From Peribolospora baueri (Eukaryota): a stretch of DNA of 64,000 nucleotides. The notes below the pieces were generated by a model. That model was given only the letters and a program-made list of their open reading frames with translations. It searched no databases and had not been told where the DNA came from. Each line of letters opens with the position of its first letter. The first letter of the stretch is position 1. The stretch spans positions 124,001 through 188,000 of the forward strand of contig JAMDHS010000027.1 of the NCBI GenBank assembly GCA_029717555.1, read 5' to 3'. This document shows positions 62,079-64,000 of this stretch, piece by piece. Position numbers and translations under genes: made by a program.

Positions 62079-62998
62079 GGCGAGAAATGGGTGCAGGGAC
62101 GTGGAGAGGAGGATGAGTGGGTAGCGGCGAGTGGTGGTGAGGTGAAAGTGAGTGTGAGGGGAGGCAGCGTCGGAGAAGGAAGGGGAAGGGAAGTAGACGG
62201 ACGAGTGCGGGGCCGTGACGGACCGGGCTTACGCGACGCTTTCCAAGCTGAGCCTCGAGCGGAGATGGGATTTGCACCTGAAAGACGCTGGGCACGTGAT
62301 CAGGGGTTCTTTCTCTTCGGAACCCGCTCGCCGCCTTGGCCGCGTCGCCAGGCCGACCTTGGCAACGACTTGCTCTAAGTAGCTACGTGGTCGCCCCACG
62401 CACTTATTATTTTCTATCTACTTACGCACTTGTTTGCTTAGTCTACTTGACCCCACCCGGCCGTCCTACTTGCCACTGTGCCGATCCGACGACGGCCTTC
62501 CCCACAAACCTCTCCTCGCGCCGTCACGCGCTTCTTGACCGACCCCACCCACCGAGGGTGCGGTACGTACATATACATACATACATACAGTATTCTGGTG
62601 TATGTACGTACGGTAGAGCAAGGGGTCGGACGACTAGTGCAACCGACGATCCGAGCGCATACGTCCTCGTTTTGTCCTGTGTAGGTCAATCCAGGTCGTT
62701 ACCACAGATCACACACACATACAAAGCCTGTAGAGTGCAGAGCCACGGAGACAAGCAGGGCGGGAAGGAGACGGTGGGGTATGTATGGACTCGTAAGTAT
62801 TCCGACCTATGGAAACGGATATGCACCTGTTGTAAATAGCAATGTGGTTGGACGGGACGCAGTAGTACCAAGTAGCAGTAGTAGTCATGACGTTATGACG
62901 CCGAGTTCCTGCCGCCTTTGGTGACGCAACATGAGGACGAATGGGTTGTCCTTCACGCCTCTCACCGGCCGCCGGACCCGGACCCCTAACATCCTCTC

Positions 62999-64000
62999 TC
63001 AACCCGACGTCGCTCCCTTCACGCAGTCTTGCTCCCCCTCTCTCTTCTTCTCCACCTCTGACGATCCCGACGAGCCCTCCGCCTGCCCACCTTCATCCCC
63101 TCCGTCCTCGTACACCTCCCTCCTCACCTCCGTCGGACTTTCCGTCAGCGCCCCACCACCTGCCCTGTCCCCCGCCTCCCTCGCAGAAGCCGCCGCCATC
63201 TCCGCACGCAGCGCGTTCAGCTCCTTCTCGAAGCGGGTGGCGAAGACCTGTCCAGTACGAGTGAAGTGCGATGCGAAACATCATCAGAAAGATCGATATC
63301 GCCCGTTCCAGTAGAGGAGGGTGAGGCACTGAACGACGCCATCGGAACTCACATCCACGTAAAAAGTCGCCCCGTTCCACACGCTCAGAGTGAAAATCCC
63401 GACCAGGAAGCAGGCCGTGGCGACCGACGAGTCGTAGAACACACAGAACGCCGGAAGCTTTTGCCGTACGAGCATAACGAGCGCGACGTAGCCACCACTG
63501 GTTAGACGGATCCGCGACGACACCTGCGGGAGGAGAGACCGAAGGGACTCACCATCGTCAAGATAGTATAAATAAATTGCATCGCTGGTTCACCGGGCAC
63601 GAAACGTCAATCCAGCTTTAGTTCTCGGTTGGGACGTCGGAAGAGACGTCCACCAGAACTCAATTTTCTCTCACCCATGAAGGTGAACTCGCGGTAATTC
63701 TCTGGAACTTTGCCGAGCACCTTGCCGATGGACGACTTATGGTCGCTCGCCTGCGTGTACATGCGCCCGGTATAGCCTGTCAGTGGGCGGAACTCCCACA
63801 CCACACGGGTAGCTTTATCGTGCAAGAGGGACCGATGAGCCCCTCACCAGGAAACTGAAACTCGTCATCCTCTGACCACGCTTGATCTTTTGTGCCTGGC
63901 GAACGCTCAGCATGCGCCAGTATCCGAGCTGCCATATCGAGTACCTAAACGAAGCAAGCATTGACGCGAGACGTCAGCCGATTTGCCATTTATTTCGCGC
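62999..64000 (-). CDS. GPC1: Glycerophosphocholine acyltransferase Gpc1-like (3' part; gene starts beyond the window)
   Basis: WQLGYW...QRMTSFSFL...IGKVL..VPENYREFTFM...YTILTM...SVWNGATFYVDV|FATRFEKELNALR matches the Gpc1 (DUF2838) C-terminus. Confidence 0.82.

Noticed and set aside
1..64000. CRISPR arrays, transposons, tRNA/rRNA genes, TGA-CTA readthrough stops
   Set aside because: Repeats are simple microsatellites without spacers; no transposase, RT or integrase motifs; no RNA gene signatures seen by eye; none of the TGA stops I checked is followed by CTA.

Overview
Eukaryotic, GC-rich, intron-rich fungal DNA. The protein sequences and GT(G/A)(A/C)GT...YAG introns point to a basidiomycete, most likely Ustilaginomycotina (inference). 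I can support about 21 protein-coding genes: NUDCD1-like (partial), a Yap/AP-1-type bZIP, a DHHC palmitoyltransferase, a disordered adaptor-motif protein, a small secreted protein, PARL/Pcp1 rhomboid, a Mid2/Wsc-like sensor, TMEM70-like, riboflavin kinase, a secreted repeat protein, REEP/HVA22, RPS1, ATG10, TUP1, MTF1, a Jid1-like J protein, an unknown mitochondrial protein, an eIF4A-like DEAD-box protein, an unknown protein, fatty aldehyde dehydrogenase and GPC1 (partial). There is also one deletion-derived ALDH pseudogene and many microsatellites. I found no rRNA, tRNA, CRISPR array or recognisable transposon. The most interesting items are an eIF4A-like pseudo-helicase with dead ATPase motifs, a secreted Kex2-type polyprotein with a 30-aa repeat, an ALDH relic ending in a spliced PTS1-like SKI next to an ALDH with ambiguous C-terminal splicing, and a REEP with a candidate Atg8-interacting motif near ATG10. 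All family calls come from recalled motifs, not database searches, and exon boundaries were read by eye.
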